64,000 nt of DNA from the human T2T-CHM13v2.0 reference genome, Homo sapiens (GCF_009914755.1 NC_060942.1); one strand, 5' to 3'; shown: positions 29,331-43,935, counted from the stretch's first letter. The notes: generated by a model not told the origin, from the sequence alone. Numbers and translations: made by a program.

Positions 29331-30689
29331 TTATTTTTTTTTCAAGGTAGAATTCAGAGAGAAAAATTGAACAATTATTCAAAGGGAAGAATTTCCAAGC
29401 CACTGTACAATTTCACAAAGGGGAAGAAAGACAAGCTTTTCAGCTCTTGTCAGACCCAACTCTACTCTTTTCAATTGTGTTCCATGAGAATCTCTTGTTT
29501 CTCATTAAGTTCTATTCAGGCCCCAAGTTATTCTGCACTTTCTTTCACTTTATAGAGTGCATGAGCTTTGTACCTCTCATTTCAAGAATAAGGCTTGAAT
29601 ACAATTTCACTTCCAAAGAACATTATCAATCTACCCAAATCATGACGTATCTCCTACTTCACCAAAGAGATAAGAATAATTGTCATGAGGTCCTTTTGCT
29701 CTACCTCAAAAGACTTGTAATAACTAGAACATACATGCAACAGCAATTTTTCTTCATGCTGTGTGCCTAATATGACAGCTAACAGTCCTGTGATGCAGGA
29801 ATATTTTTCTTACTTCATTTTAGTGATTAGGTTTAAAACTAGGCTTTATAACTTCAGGAGAAGTCATCAAGCTTGTTGTGGTAATGATATCTTTAGTTCT
29901 GAAATACATCATTTTGCTTTTGGAATCTTTTTGCTGTTTGCTGACAAAAATGATCCATTTTATTATAAAATGTATTATTTAGCTCAAGTCTGCATTATCC
30001 AAATATGAATGTTCTCCATGTTTGGGTATCTCCATTTTCTCCATAATCTATTCTGCTCACTTCTACCATATTGATTCGAAGATGATGTTCTATTTTGCTA
30101 CTGTCCAAAATAAGAAAGCACAACAAACAAACAAACAACAACAACAACAAAACTGATGGCCAATTAAAGTTTAAACTTCTTATTTTAAAGTTCTAGGACC
30201 CTGTGTAATTACTAAAGTATAATGTAATACAATTTAGAACTAGGGATTAGGTGACAAATATTCATAACTAATTGTGTTATCCTACCTGTAAGCCTCCTTC
30301 CTTATATGTATAAAATGAGGAGTGAACACATCAAACATTCTAGCTGTAAAATTACACAAGTCTGCTTTCTAAATCTTAGCTTCCATTACTCTACCAATTG
30401 CTCTCTGCTTTTCGGTCCAATGAAACTATGTGCCATTCCACAGAAAAGCATTTTGAGAGTGCTATACCTGCTAAAATTTTTGCTACTGCCATTTCTCTCA
30501 TATACAATATTTAACTCTTACCTGTAATAAAATATTAACCTTATATCATGGTTACATCTTTCATAAAATTTTTCTTAACCAGAACCAATAAACTGCCTTT
30601 TATAAATTCCCAAACACATGGATTTTGTTTTTGTTGGCACTCTGCAAAATTTATTCACATTGAAGCTTTTTTAAAAAAACAACAACAAC

Positions 30690-31925
30690 AACTTTATTTT
30701 TAGTGAAGTTGTAAGTTCACAGCCAAACTGGATAGAAGGTTCACCGCAAAACTGGACAGAAAGTAAAGAGATTTCCCATATATGCTGTATCCTATCATAT
30801 ATATAGCCTCCCCTGCTATCAACATCCTGCACCAGAGTGGTACTTCCATCACAGTTGATGAATCTACCTTGGCAATCATTATCACCCAGAGTGGACTTAT
30901 AGTTTACATTAGGGTTTACTCTTGGTGTTCTCAATTTTATGGGTTGTGACAAATAACATGTATCCACCATTGTAATATAATACAGAATAGTTTTATTGCC
31001 CTAAAATTCCCTTGTGCTCTGCCTATTCATCCCTCCCTCCTCCTTAACCCCATAACAACCACTGATACTTTTTCTGTTTCTATATTTTGCTTTTTCCAGA
31101 GTGTCAGATAATTGGAATCATACATCATGTAACCTTTTCAGATTGGATTTTTTCACTTAGTAATTTGCATTTAAGGTTCTTCTATGTCTTTTCATGGTTT
31201 AATAGTCCACTTCTTTTTTTTTTTTTTTTTTTTTTTTTGAGACAGAGTCTTGTTCTGTCGCCCAGGCTGGAGTGCAGTGGCGCATCTCCACTCACCGCAA
31301 GCTCCGCCTCCCGGGTTTACGCCATTCTCCTGCCTCAGCCTCCCGCGTAGCTGGGACTACAGGCGCCTAGAGGCGCCCGCCACCACACTCGGCTACTTTT
31401 TTGTATTTTTTAGTAGAGACGGGGTTTCACCGTGTTAGCCAGGATGGTCTCGATTTCTTGACCTCGTGATACGCCCGCCTCGGACTCCCAAAGTGCTGGA
31501 TTACAGGCGTGAGCCACCGCGCCCGGCCAGTCCACTTCTTTTTAATGCTAAAATATTTCATTGTCTGGCTATACCAGTTTATTTAGCCAATCACCTGCTG
31601 AAGAACTTGTTACTTTTAGGTTTTAAAAATTTATTTAAAAAAATTTTGCAGGTTTTATGTAGACCTATGTTTTTCAACTCACTTGTGTAAATACCAAGGA
31701 GTCTGATTGCAGGATTCTGTTTTATTTAAAAAACCATGAAACTGTCTTCCAAAGTGCCTGTACTATTTTGCGTTTCCACCACCATGAATGAGAGTTGTAT
31801 TGCTCCACATCCTCACGAACATTGGTACTGTCAGTGCTTTGGATTTTCACCATTCTAATAGGTAGGTAGTGGAATCTCACTGTGCTTTAATTTGCATGCA
31901 ATGTCCTAATTACACATGATGTCAA
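30690..31925 (-). mobile_element. L1MC-type 3' end, interrupted by AluY
   Basis: gttcacagccaaactg...agagatttcccata...caccagagtggtac...agtttacattagggtttactcttggtg. Confidence 0.85.
31219..31528 (-). mobile_element. AluY
   Basis: gcaagctccgcc, acgccattctcc, accgtgttagccaggatgg; CpG-rich; 15-bp TSD AGTCCACTTCTTTTT at 31204-31218 and 31529-31543. Confidence 0.95.
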
Positions 31926-32230
31926 GTACTGTAGTTATTTTTGTAGACACTGTGTATCCATGTTAATTACAGGCGTTTTAAGAGTATCAAAAGTCATTCA
32001 TCTTTTTGTCATTAACTGAATACAGTATAATGCCTCATATATACTTGCCACTAAAATAATTGTTGAATATATGCTAGGACTGTAGTAAAAAAAAATGAAA
32101 GAATTCAAGGAGATATGCCTCAGTTCATTAGCAGGGCAAATTCAGTCTCAGGGGTGTCTAAGATACAATGCCAGAGTTAGCTATTGCTTAAATTTTTAGT
32201 AATTTCACATTTTGATAAATGTATATATTG

Positions 32231-32670
32231 CAGATATTCCTCAACATATAGTGGGGCTATGTCCCAATAAACCCATTGTAAGTTGAAAATATTATAGCAG
32301 ACAATACAGTATTTAATACAGTACACCTAACCTACTGAACATCATAGCTTGGCCTAGCCTATGTTAAATCTGCTCAGAACACTTATATTAGCCTACAGTT
32401 GGGCAAAATTGTCTGATACAATCCTATTTTATAATAAAATGTGAATACCTAATGTATTGAATACTCTACCAATAGTGAAAACTAGAATGGCTCTCTGTCA
32501 CTGCCTACCACCCAAAGAGTGTATTATATCACGTATCACTAAACCAGGAAAAGATCAATTCAAAATCTGAAGTACAGTTTCTACTGAAAGTGTATCATTT
32601 TCCCAACATTGTACAGTTCAAAAACCATAGTCAAACCATCATAAGTCCATCATAATTTGAGGACTATCTG
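32231..32670 (+). mobile_element. MER47-type Tigger DNA transposon
   Basis: CAGAT...ATCTG termini; cacctaacctactgaacatcatagctt, ctcagaacacttatattagcctacagttgggcaaaat. Confidence 0.88.
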
Positions 32671-32862
32671 TATTTAGACCCAAATGAATATTCTCACCTA
32701 TACAAAATTAACATATGAACCCAAGGTACATGACCTCAATGTTTTATACTAATATTGGTACTTTTTTTAAAAATAGACTCAGGAAGATTAAAGGTAAAAT
32801 GAGCTATATTTCCAATATATTAACTCCTATCAAAGACTTCCAAGAACCTTGAATAATGGCAA

Positions 32863-33302
32863 TGTCTTAGTCTGTTCTCTGTTTCTGTAATAGAATACCT
32901 GAGACCAGGTAATTTATAAAGCAAAGAGGTTTATTTGGCTCGTGGTTGTGGAAGCTGGAAAGTCCAAGATCAGGTGGCTGCATCTGGCCAGCGTTGGATT
33001 AGGGCCTTGTGCTGCATCATAACATGGCACAAAAGTGGAAGTGCAAGTGAGTGTATGCAAAAGAGGCAAAACATGAGGAGCAGTCTCAGTTTATATTAAT
33101 AACCACCTGATCTCATAGAAACTCTTCCAGTCCAGCAAGAGTGATACTCGCTCACTCCCTAAGAATTCACCAGTTCCACAAGAGCAGCATTAATACCTCT
33201 TAATGACCCAATCCAACTTAAAGGCCCCACCTCTGAACACTGCCGTGCTGGGGACCAAATTTCCAACACATGAATTCTCATGAATACACTCAAAACGTAG
33301 CA
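32863..33302 (-). mobile_element. MST-family MaLR solo LTR
   Basis: tgtcttagtctg...aatacctgagaccaggtaatttataaag...ttaaaggccccacctc...tcaaaacgtagca. Confidence 0.88.
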
Positions 33303-33824
33303 AGCAGTTTGACTTTCAAAGTTAATTTATTCAGCAAAAATTCATTGGGTGTTTACTATATAAGAGGCCCTATTCTAGAACAAGAAATGTATTAGTGAGC
33401 AAAATCAAAGAATCCCTATTAATGAAAAAGTTAATTTTACCAAGTTACACATGTAAGCTTATTCCATTATATGTAATAATACATTTTAAGACTATATTCC
33501 ACCTGGTATATTTTAAATTAATGTATTCTATTTAGAAATAATTCAATCTGAAAAAATAATACTAAGCCATTTTAAACTGAGTTCAAAATATGTACTTTAT
33601 TTTGAGTCCTCATTTGCAAAATAAATACATATTTTTTAATTCCCATAAGGCTGAGTTATTTGAATCCAAAAGAGTCATATTGGCAGTGCTCTATGGACTT
33701 GGAGATTCATTTTAAACATCTATTTTGCAGGTTGCTATGACATCATGAGGTTTCCATCTAAACTTCATACTGGACAATTGCTCTTTTTTAGAGTTACAAT
33801 TCCAATAGTAGAGAAAGTTAGATA

Positions 33825-33943
33825 TATGCATATATATATATACACACATATATAGCTTGTTATATATATAACATATTATTTTATATATATTACTTATTTT
33901 ATATCTACATATACATACACACACACACACGCATATATATGTA
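33825..33943. repeat. (TA)n/(CA)n low-complexity tract
   Basis: Read directly from the sequence. Confidence 0.85.
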
Positions 33944-35309
33944 TTAGATCTTTTGCATATAGATAGTATCCAAACGAATTTCAACATCTCTGTTTTGGCA
34001 GGAATTCAGATTTATAAACAGCAAGCTTCCATCTGGAATTATGGTCTATATAAAGTGGCAAAACAGATTGATTGATATTCATTTACCATAATTACAAGAG
34101 CTGAGAATGCTTAGCTCTTGGTAAGTATGGCTAGAGGCCATCTGTAACAGATCGCATGCAAATAAAAGCTTGGAATATAAATTAAAATGGTCTCTTAAAA
34201 TGTAATGCAACTGGACAAATGGTGTATATGATTGTATGTATCTCCCAAATACTATTATATAAATAACTGTCAAATAATAACAATATATTAACATTGTATT
34301 ATGTTTATATATTCAAAATTTATATGAATAAATGTGCTGTCCTTTATATATGAAGGTAGAATCCCAGTCACCAAAAATAAAATGTGTGCTTTGAATTATC
34401 AGTAACGTTTATCTGTTTACAGTGAGTCCTAGTCTCTTTTTTATCCTTGTAATTTATATTCATAAATTGAGTAGAACAGGTCAAAGGAAGAGTACAAAGA
34501 CATTTTTAATATATAAAAACAGCAAATGAAATGTTAGGTTTTGATTATTTATAATTTAATTAATATTTAAATATACACATAAATATATTTTACCAATAAT
34601 TTAAATTATGCATTTTATTACAATTGTATATTTATTTCACACTCCAAAAAAGTACATTAATGTTATTCAGATCAGAACATGATAGAAATAATTTTATATT
34701 CCAAAACATATCAACAGCATTTTATACATAGGTTTCTGGCTTAACTATGCAAAACTATTTCACATATTACAAAAATATTCTGACACAGCCAAAGAATCTC
34801 ATCAGGCAAAGAATTATAAGTATCCCATGTTACTTAAAAATATAAAGATATTGCTTAAAAATCACTGAATAAGCAAATAAACTTTAGTTTGAAATTGTAG
34901 AACAGAAAGTAGAAAGACCCTATGTTTTACTGTGTTTTCTTAAAAATACGACTACATGATTACACAATTTCAGGTCGTGGACATGTGATAAAACAAGAAA
35001 ATTCCACAAGTACTTGGTTGTATCCCCACCCAATTCTGCTAACTTCCTAATTTTAGAATATATTATCGGTTGAAAATACTATTAAGTCTCACTCTCTTCA
35101 TTTCCATTGTTCTAAATGTTTCAGAAATTGATTTACACTATACTATATAAAATACATACATATATAACATAATATTGTACTACATAACACAATAATTGAC
35201 CACTTGTCAGTTAATATGATTTTACTATAATTAACATAATATCCAACTTTAAAATTCTTACACATTTAATATTTCATATACAAAAAGTTCCAGAGGCAGT
35301 GCTTTTCCA

Positions 35310-35700
35310 TTTGGTTCTGAGTCAAGAAGGTATCATCATGACCCATGTAAGTAATTCCCAATTTTATCCTTTGTCATCCACGTCATGATAATTCTATCTC
35401 TCTGTTGTTTGCAATATGACTTCAGAAGTCTCCGGCTTCATGTTTGCTTGCCGTGTCAAGCAAAGACTGTTTTATTCTTTTAATCTCTTTATTTATGGAG
35501 AAATAACTTTCCTGAAAGCCTTACAAAAGACTTTCCCTTAGCTCTTGTTTTATAGGTGGGGTTTATAGTCCAAATATCTAGCTTCCAGGGAAGCTGGAAA
35601 AGCAAGTGTGTAGCACATTCAAACTTTACAAAAGGAAGCCGACTACGCCAGCAGAGAAAGGCCAATAGAGGAATACAGGTTGGTGATATTAGCTACAAGT
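35310..35700 (-). mobile_element. Ancient MLT1 (J/K-like) LTR fragment
   Basis: agactttcccttagctc...ctagcttccagggaagctggaaaagcaag resembles old MLT1. Confidence 0.45.
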
Positions 35701-36044
35701 CTGTCATATCTGTATATTTGTCTAATTTACCCTACATGGTTAAAAATTCCTCTACCTACCAACCTATTCTCCCCCTACACACACACATACTGACTCACAT
35801 ATGCACATGTGCATGCTCCTCCTGCAATTACTAGCTTAGGTAAAGGAGATACTGTTTGTTGTGATGTGCTAAGCTATCAGATGTACATCTCTCCACTATG
35901 TCAGGATTGTATATTAAAGCTCTGAAATTTTGGCAAGATTTTCAGCTAAAAGGATTAAGAATCCTTTATTGGTATCTGCAAAATCAAAGAGCTGTCACAA
36001 GTTTATAGCTCTTTGAGATTTACTGCTTCTTTAGTAAAACAAAT

Positions 36045-38210
36045 CATTGATGAAAGACATCATTGATGACACAAATAAATGAAATCCTATGTTCATGATT
36101 TGAGAGAATATTGTTAAAACATCCATAGTACCCAAAGCAATCTACAGATTCAACATAATCCTTAATAAAATTCCAATGACACTTTCACATAAACAGAAAA
36201 AATTTCCTAAAATTTGTATAATACCACAAAAGATGCAAAATAGCCAAAGCAATCTTGAGCAAAACCAAATCTGGAGTCCTCACACTACCTGACTTCGAAA
36301 TACACTACAAAGCTGTAGTAATAAAAACAGTATGGTACTGGTAATAAAAACAGACACACAGACCAACAGAGCAGAATAGATAACCCAAAAGTAAATTCAC
36401 ACATTTAAAGCCAATTGATTTTTAATAAAGGTGCCAAGAACTCATAATGGAGAAAGGACATTTTCTTCAATAAATGGTATTGGGACAACTTGATATCCTC
36501 ATGGAGAAGAATAAAAGTAGGCCCATATCTCACACTGCTATTGCTTAAATGTGTCTTCCAAAGCTCACATGTTAGAAACTTAATCCCCAATGCAACAGTG
36601 TTGAGAGGTGGGGCTTTTCAGAGGTAACCAGGTCATGAGGGCTGTGCCCTCATGAGTGGATTAACGGCATTATCATGGGAGTGGGTTGCTTATCACATAG
36701 TGGATTGTTATAAGAAGCAAGTTAGGCCCCCTCTTGCTCTATTGCTTTTTCATGCGCTCTTGCACTTCCACCTTTCACCATGAAATGATGCAGCAAGAAG
36801 GCCCTCACCAGATGCAGGCTCCTCGACCTTAGATTTTCTAACCTCCAGAACTGTAAGAAATAAATTTCTAGTCTTTATAAACTACCCAGTCTTTGGTATT
36901 CTGTTACAGAAACACAAAATGGACTAAGGCACATACCATATACAAAAATTAACACAAAATTATTAAAGACTTACACACAAGACCTAATACTGTAAAACTG
37001 CAAGAGAAAAACATAAGGAAAAAATTTTATGACATTAGTCTGGACAATGATTTTTTGATATATACCCAAAACACAGCAAAAAAAGCAGAAATAGACAGAT
37101 GGAATAACATCTAACTGAAAAGATCCTGCACAGCCAAGGAAACAATTGACAGAGTGAAGAAAGAATTTATGGAATGAGAGAAAATATTTGCAAACCATGC
37201 ATATATTAAAGGGGTTAATATCCAAAATATATAAGGAACTCAACTCAATAGCAGAAAAATAATGAGCAAAGGATTTGAACAGACATTTCTCAAAGCAGAC
37301 ATACAAACAGCCAATATGAATATCAGGATAACGCTCAAAATCACTAATCATCAGATAAATGCAATTTTAAACCACAATGATATATCATCCCATACGCACT
37401 ATAATGGCTATTCTTTTTAAAATATAAAAGTCTTTTGAGAAGATGTGGAGGAAAAAAAAACCTTTGCACACTGTTGATAGGAATGTAAATTCATACAGCT
37501 ATTATAAAAAATATGGAGGATCCTCAAAAAATCAAAAATAGAACTACCATATGATCCAGCCATCCTACTACTGGGTATATATTCCAAGGAAATGAAATCA
37601 TAATGTTGAAAAAATATCTATACTCTCATGTTCATTGCAATCTTATTCACACTAGCCAAGATATAGAATCAACCAGTGTCCATCAACAGATGAATGGATA
37701 AAGAAAATGTGGTATGCATACACAAGCAAATACATGCAGCATTAATAAGAAGGAAATTGTGTCACTTGCAACAACATGGATGAAGCTGGAGGACATAAGT
37801 GAAATAAGCCAGGCACAGAAAGATAAATTCTTCATGATCTCATTTATATGTGAACTTTATAAAACTTGAATAAACAGAAGAAGAGAATAGAATGGTGGTT
37901 ACCAGGGGCTAGGGTGGGGGATAGGGGTTGGGGAAATGTTGGCTAAAGGATACAAAATTTCACTTAGGAGGAATAATTTCAAAATATAGAATGTATGATT
38001 TGGTGACTACAGTTAAAAAATGTATTATATTCTTGAAAATTGCTAAGAAAGTACATTTTTAGTATTCTCATCACAAAAAAGTATGTGAAGCAATGCGTAT
38101 GTTAATTAGCTCAATTTAGTCATCCCACAATCTATACATATTTCAAAACATGTTTTACAAGATAAATATATACAATTTTTATTTGCCAATTGTTAAATAA
38201 ATATTTTAAA
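36045..38210 (+). mobile_element. L1MA-type (L1MA2/3-like) 3' portion, interrupted by MST LTR
   Basis: ORF2 C-terminal remnants and 3'UTR gtatgttaattagctcaatttagtcatcccacaat. Confidence 0.88.
36536..36931 (+). mobile_element. MSTB-like solo LTR
   Basis: TG...CA termini, gaaacttaatccccaatgcaacagtgttgagaggtgg; 5-bp TSD CACAC/CATAC. Confidence 0.92.
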
Positions 38211-38254
38211 AGCAACTAAGAAAAGAAGAAAAGAAAGATTAGGAAAAAGGTAGG

Positions 38255-38304
38255 GAAGGAGGGAGGGAGGGAAGGAAGGAAGGAAGGAAGGAAGGAAGGA
38301 AGGA

Positions 38305-38335
<31 letters not shown>

Positions 38336-38336
38336 C
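38255..38336. repeat. Compound (GGGA)/(GGAA)n(GGCA)n STR
   Basis: Read directly; follows the L1 A-rich tail. Confidence 0.92.
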
Positions 38337-38589
38337 GAGAAAAGAATGAAGAAAAGCAGCAAATTTTTATTGGATTTATTAAATTACCTCGTAAGTAAGC
38401 TGGGAAAAAAAATGTACCATTACCAGCATTTCAAAGTGTCTTTGCTCAAAATTTAAATATGTTTACACATTGTTTCATCTTACTCATTTTTCAAGAGCTA
38501 TTATGTTAGCTCTGTCATCCTCAGTAGTTTTTGGATAATAAAGTTATAAATAATTTTTGCATGTAATTAATATAAAAACTACCTACCTA

Positions 38590-38908
<319 letters not shown>

Positions 38909-39049
38909 CTATCTACCTAAATGTGAATATGTGAATATCTTTTTAAGAGCTATTTAACATACAGATATTTTACTTACTCCAACCCACTTAATTCAAATTA
39001 ATGAAAAGTTTACAGTAAAAAAGGATTTTCAAATGAATTACCCAAATCT

Positions 39050-39400
39050 TCTAATTACAGCCTTGTTAAATCAATTACAAATAAAATTTTAAAAGATACT
39101 TTATCAGAAATTACTGATACAGTTTTCAAGAAATGCTAAGGCATCACTGCAACATTTTTCTTAAATCTTCACTTTATGGATATTACTATTGACAATTGGC
39201 ATCATCTGTTTCTAAATTCTTTCTCAACATTAAAATTAATAAAAATAATCTAAGGATGACTCTCAAATAACAAAATATTTATCAATGTAGAAATTGATGT
39301 AGGGAAGAAAAAACAAAATTTGCAAATTTGATGATTTTATTAGTACGAAATACTGAAGAGGCCAAACCCAGTTTGTTTATATTTTATGTATGTTTGATAG
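39050..39400 (+). mobile_element. Fossil hAT (Tip100-like) transposase C-terminus
   Basis: 39218-39244 translates SFSTLKLIK, then NLR after a frameshift, matching the hAT dimerisation motif ERSFSxLKLIKxxLR. Confidence 0.5.
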
Positions 39401-41309
39401 ATTGTTACCTTTTCAAATAATACTGCCATGTTTTCCTTTAAGTTTCAAGGTTTGTAATGCAAATGTTACTTTTCAAAAAAAAAAAAAAGCTATTTAAATT
39501 TAACAAAGCTTTGTACCGGTGTGTGCCAAATAAGCTTCTTGTGGCCACTGCATTATGGCCAATTATGCCAATTTTACAACTAGTTGTATGCATTTTATTT
39601 TCCATTGCAATGATGAAGATACCTGAAAGTTTAAAAAATGTCACCTTGCCTGGGATTCTTCACTAGCATTGCTTCAGTAAGTTAAAATATCATGACATTA
39701 GCATTAATGTATAGATGGAACAATCTTTTATTTTTAAGAAATCTCTCCCAGTAGATAAAGAATTCATTTTTCTGTTCTTCAGGGTAACCTTTCTCTAACT
39801 TTCTTACTTTAACAATTTAGATAACTGTAGAAGGTCACACAGGAAATAGCTGTACTCATGAATAACCAATAAACTAATAAATCTCATTTTCTGACCAAAA
39901 AAAAAGATGATTATGTATACCTGCTTTTTATTCTTATGTTTGAACAAAATGTGTTAACTGCAAAATATCAGATTCTCTTCAGGAATGTCTATGCTGAAAA
40001 CATTGTTTCCCTCATATTTCTCTAGGACACAGATAAACATTTCTACCATTGTGTCAAGTTCAAGAAGAGGAGCTGTCTGCTTTAATGTGTGCATATACTT
40101 ACCCTCATAGAAATACTAAGGACAGTCAACTAGCTTACAAAGATTCTATCATCTTGTTTTACTCAAACTAAGGAAGGTAACTGCTGACAACATTATATGA
40201 CATCTTAGAAAATTGCTGATCAGAGCCACTTGAGACTGATCACCACACACATTCACAGTCTTCTCAACTGTGCAGAGTCAGAATCACAAAGTGGTTTAGA
40301 TCACAACATAATTCAGTAAATAATAAAGTAAATGGCCTGTCCTCTAAGTGAAGTTGACATTACTGAGCTATTGTCAGTAGAACATGAATTTTGATTAGAT
40401 GTTCACAGCAGGGATTTGGGGGCCCTCAAGCAAATATTTCTGAGAGGGTTTATTCACACTTTGTTAACTGCAAAACATGTATTTGCAGCAAACTTCCATG
40501 CAATGGAAAGATTACTTGGCATTTACAGAAAACAGCAGAAAGGGACTTTTCCCTTACAATAGTTTAACTTATTTTCCATTAACTTTTGTCTTTCTCCATG
40601 TTATAATTCCTTCATCTACACTTAAAGGTTCAAGAAACTAAATAATATTAAACAAATAATTGAGTTTAGTTTTATTATATATGGTATACAAACTATTTTA
40701 TAACTCCTTATATACTTCTGATAACAGTCTTCGAGAAGGCTTGGTAAATTAATGAGCAGATACTTTAGAACTTTTTGAAATACATTCCTGTTGATTTTGC
40801 CATCTCTTTGATATCAAACAATAGGTATAGTGAAGGTTTTGAGTTCTTCTGTTTTCTTTTAGGAGTAGAAAATATAATGATGAATTTATGAAGATCCATT
40901 ACTCTCATTTATAGAAAATTATTTGTGCATGAGAAAAACTACAAAAGGGTGCTAAACTTATATAGAAATTGCAATATATAACATGGGAATTAAGCAGGTT
41001 TTAGTGATAGTCAATATTCTATTCCATTTCATTATGATTTTACAATTAAGAAAACAGAAAACTGAAAGCTATGATCTTTATCCTTTTTCTATTAAAAGCA
41101 TCCTTTTAAACCAATAATAGATTTTTTAAAAAATGGCATTTCAGTGTTGAATAGATCTATAGGTAAAATCTAATCCAATTTCTTAATTTTATAGTTCAGC
41201 AAGGAGAGGTCAAAAAGAAAAGCAAATGAGTATTTGACTTGTCTACGGTAAACACAGATGTATAGGCTGATAATACCATGAAAGAACAAAGCTATATGTT
41301 TTATACTCA

Positions 41310-41650
41310 ACATTTATTATATGCTTGTTTTGTGCCAGAAGCTAACGAATAGTGGCAGAAAATTTAAACTCTGCCTGTTCCAGTGGAGTTTATCTCATGG
41401 GAATTACAGGATTTAATCAAATAATCACACTAGCACATGTATTATCATAAAGGGACATAAACACTAAGAAGAAATACTAAGGAGACATGCTGTAAAAAGT
41501 GTCACTTGAGATGAGACCTGAAGGATGTATAGAAGTTAATTCGGTGGAGAGGGTGGTGGAAGGTGGTTTGAATTCCTGGCAGAGGGAACAACATAGGAAA
41601 AGGCCTTTGTAGGGAGGAAGCATCATTAATTTAAGGACATGAACAAAGAC
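41310..41650 (-). mobile_element. L2 fragment
   Basis: gtcacttgagatgagacctgaaggatgtatagaagtt...ttcctggcagagggaacaacat. Confidence 0.75.
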
Positions 41651-41659
41651 AGATCAATA

Positions 41660-42520
41660 GATCTATCAATTACCTGATGTGAAAAGAGAGGAAATGGGTT
41701 GATAAAAATGAAAAGAGCTTCAGAGATTTATGGGACAATATCCAAATTTTTATCATGTGGGTTGTTAAAGGCCCAGAAGGAAGGGAGGTAGAAAAATATT
41801 CTAAGAAGTAATGGGCAAAAACTCACATTTAGTGAAAGACATAAATTTAAACAAAATTTACAAGAGTCAAGACACCAAATCACAAGGAGAATACAGTGAA
41901 ACCTAGTCATGTCACAGTGAAACTGTTGAACATCAAAGAAAATGTCAATCTTCAAAGCAACTAGAGAATAAAAATACATTGCATACAGAATAAAAACAAC
42001 TTGAATTTTTGTGGATTTCTCATCAGAAAGTATACAAACCCACAGTCTTGAAAGGGTATATTAGTTTCTACTTTTTTTATTAAACACTTATTTTAGATTG
42101 TCTTTATTTTTTACTTTTCTGACTTCTTAAATTATACGGGATATCTCATTGATTTCCAATCCTCCTCACCCTCCATAAAGAGAAACACTAAAAGTGACAA
42201 ACGCCAATTTGTCTGCCTCATAAAATTTCTGACATAAATATATGTTACTTCCTTCAAAATATTTTCTAATTTCCATTTTGATTTTTCTTTGATAGATGAA
42301 TTATTTTTCAGTGTGCTTTTAAAAATTCCCATTATATTTTCAAATAAAAATTCACTTCTAATTTTTAATTTAAATTAAGAATTCAAATTAAATGTATGAA
42401 TCCATCTTAGAAATGTATTGATGCCTGTTTTATAGCATAATGCATATGCAACTTTAAAAAAAATTGCATATTCTTGGGAACAATGTGGATGCTGTCATTG
42501 CTAGGTACAGGTAAAATACC
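41660..42520. mobile_element. Old L1M fragments (ORF1 on + to ~42040, antisense piece after)
   Basis: gagcttcagagatttatgggacaatatc, ggatttctcatcagaaa. Confidence 0.65.
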
Positions 42521-43901
42521 TGTACATTTGACCAAGCTTCTTTACTGTTAGATTAAATCTTGTACTTTTTTAGTAAAGGGCAGTCAAACCAAACAAGAAT
42601 TGAATGAAAATATGTGACAAGCTTTCCACTATTATAGTGTCTTTGCCAATTTTTCATTGTAATTCTGTCAAATGTTGCTTTATATATGACAAAATTCATA
42701 CTACTTGCAGCATACAAGCTCAAGTTCAAGTTCAGTTGTGATTTCTCTGTTGGAATCCTAGGGGCCTGTGTTAAGTGTATCATTCCAAAGATATTTTGTA
42801 AAAGCTTCTGTCAGTCACCCTCAGATGCTACCACCTATTATTCACTAATGTTAATCTCTTAACTTTGAATCTTCATGATTGCATTGCTATTGCATATTGG
42901 AACAACAAATCAACATAAGTGAGGGACTTATGGTTATGAATTCTCAGAGGAAATGTTCCTTCTTTTTCAGAGCAAAGCCTGGGACAGAGAAGTTTTTTTT
43001 TTTTTTTTGTATGTTTTGTTTTGTTATACCCTAGTCCAACCTCTACTGAGAACAAAATCCTTAGATGGCTTCAGCTCTATGAAGGGATTTAGTTCAAACT
43101 TCATACCTTATGTGGTACCAGGGCCACATCTGCTGGCCTATGGACAGCTGTTAAAGTGCTAGCCTCCAACCTAATCAGCATTTTAAGTAGATGAAATCTG
43201 GCTAAAATGAGACAGTAGCTTCAAATAAAAAGAGGAGCAAAAATGATCTAAAAATGCTTTAAAGGGTAACATAAGCAGGTTTATCTGTCCCCCCACACAC
43301 AAATACACACAAATAAGTAAACAAACAATTAAAGTGCTCCTTAAGGGAAAGAATCCCAACTTAACTCTGAATCCACAGCATCAAATGTAGTTTTTAACTT
43401 CACTGTATCCCAGCCCAAACCATAAAAGCCAAGTAAAACTTATGCATAACACCAGAAGATGAACACGTCAGTGTTCTGTAAACCTATTATTCTATCATGA
43501 CACAAGCCTAGAAATCAGTGGCATAGCTCATTGTTGGAGTTAGAGAACTAAAGATTTGAATATCCTGGAACATTTTTTGTTATGGCATAAGGTTAGAAAA
43601 AACAGTGATATCAGTGAATTCTAGGAGGTAGGAAGAGGGATTTCTACAATCAGAAAGCACCAATTATTTAATTGTTCATTTAAAAATATTGTTTCACATC
43701 AAACTCTACAGTTCAGAGAGGGAAGGAGAGGCTTGCTGAATAAGCACACGGTAAGTAATAGCTGCTGTCAACCCTAGTCCTATAACTGGATACCAACAAG
43801 AGCAGCAGCATCTTAAGCTGGGATATATACATAATTCCTTTTATACAATGACTACTTTGTTCTTCAGTTTTCATTTTAGTAATTGTTGTGTTGTTTTTCA
43901 G

Positions 43902-43935
43902 ACCCTGGCACCATCTACAGAGTGTCATCACAGAA
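43902..43935 (+). other. Candidate 34-nt exon (non-coding?)
   Basis: Acceptor ttgtgttgtttttcag|, donor GAA|gtaagc; alternatively a terminal exon using AATAAA at 43962-43967. Confidence 0.35.
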
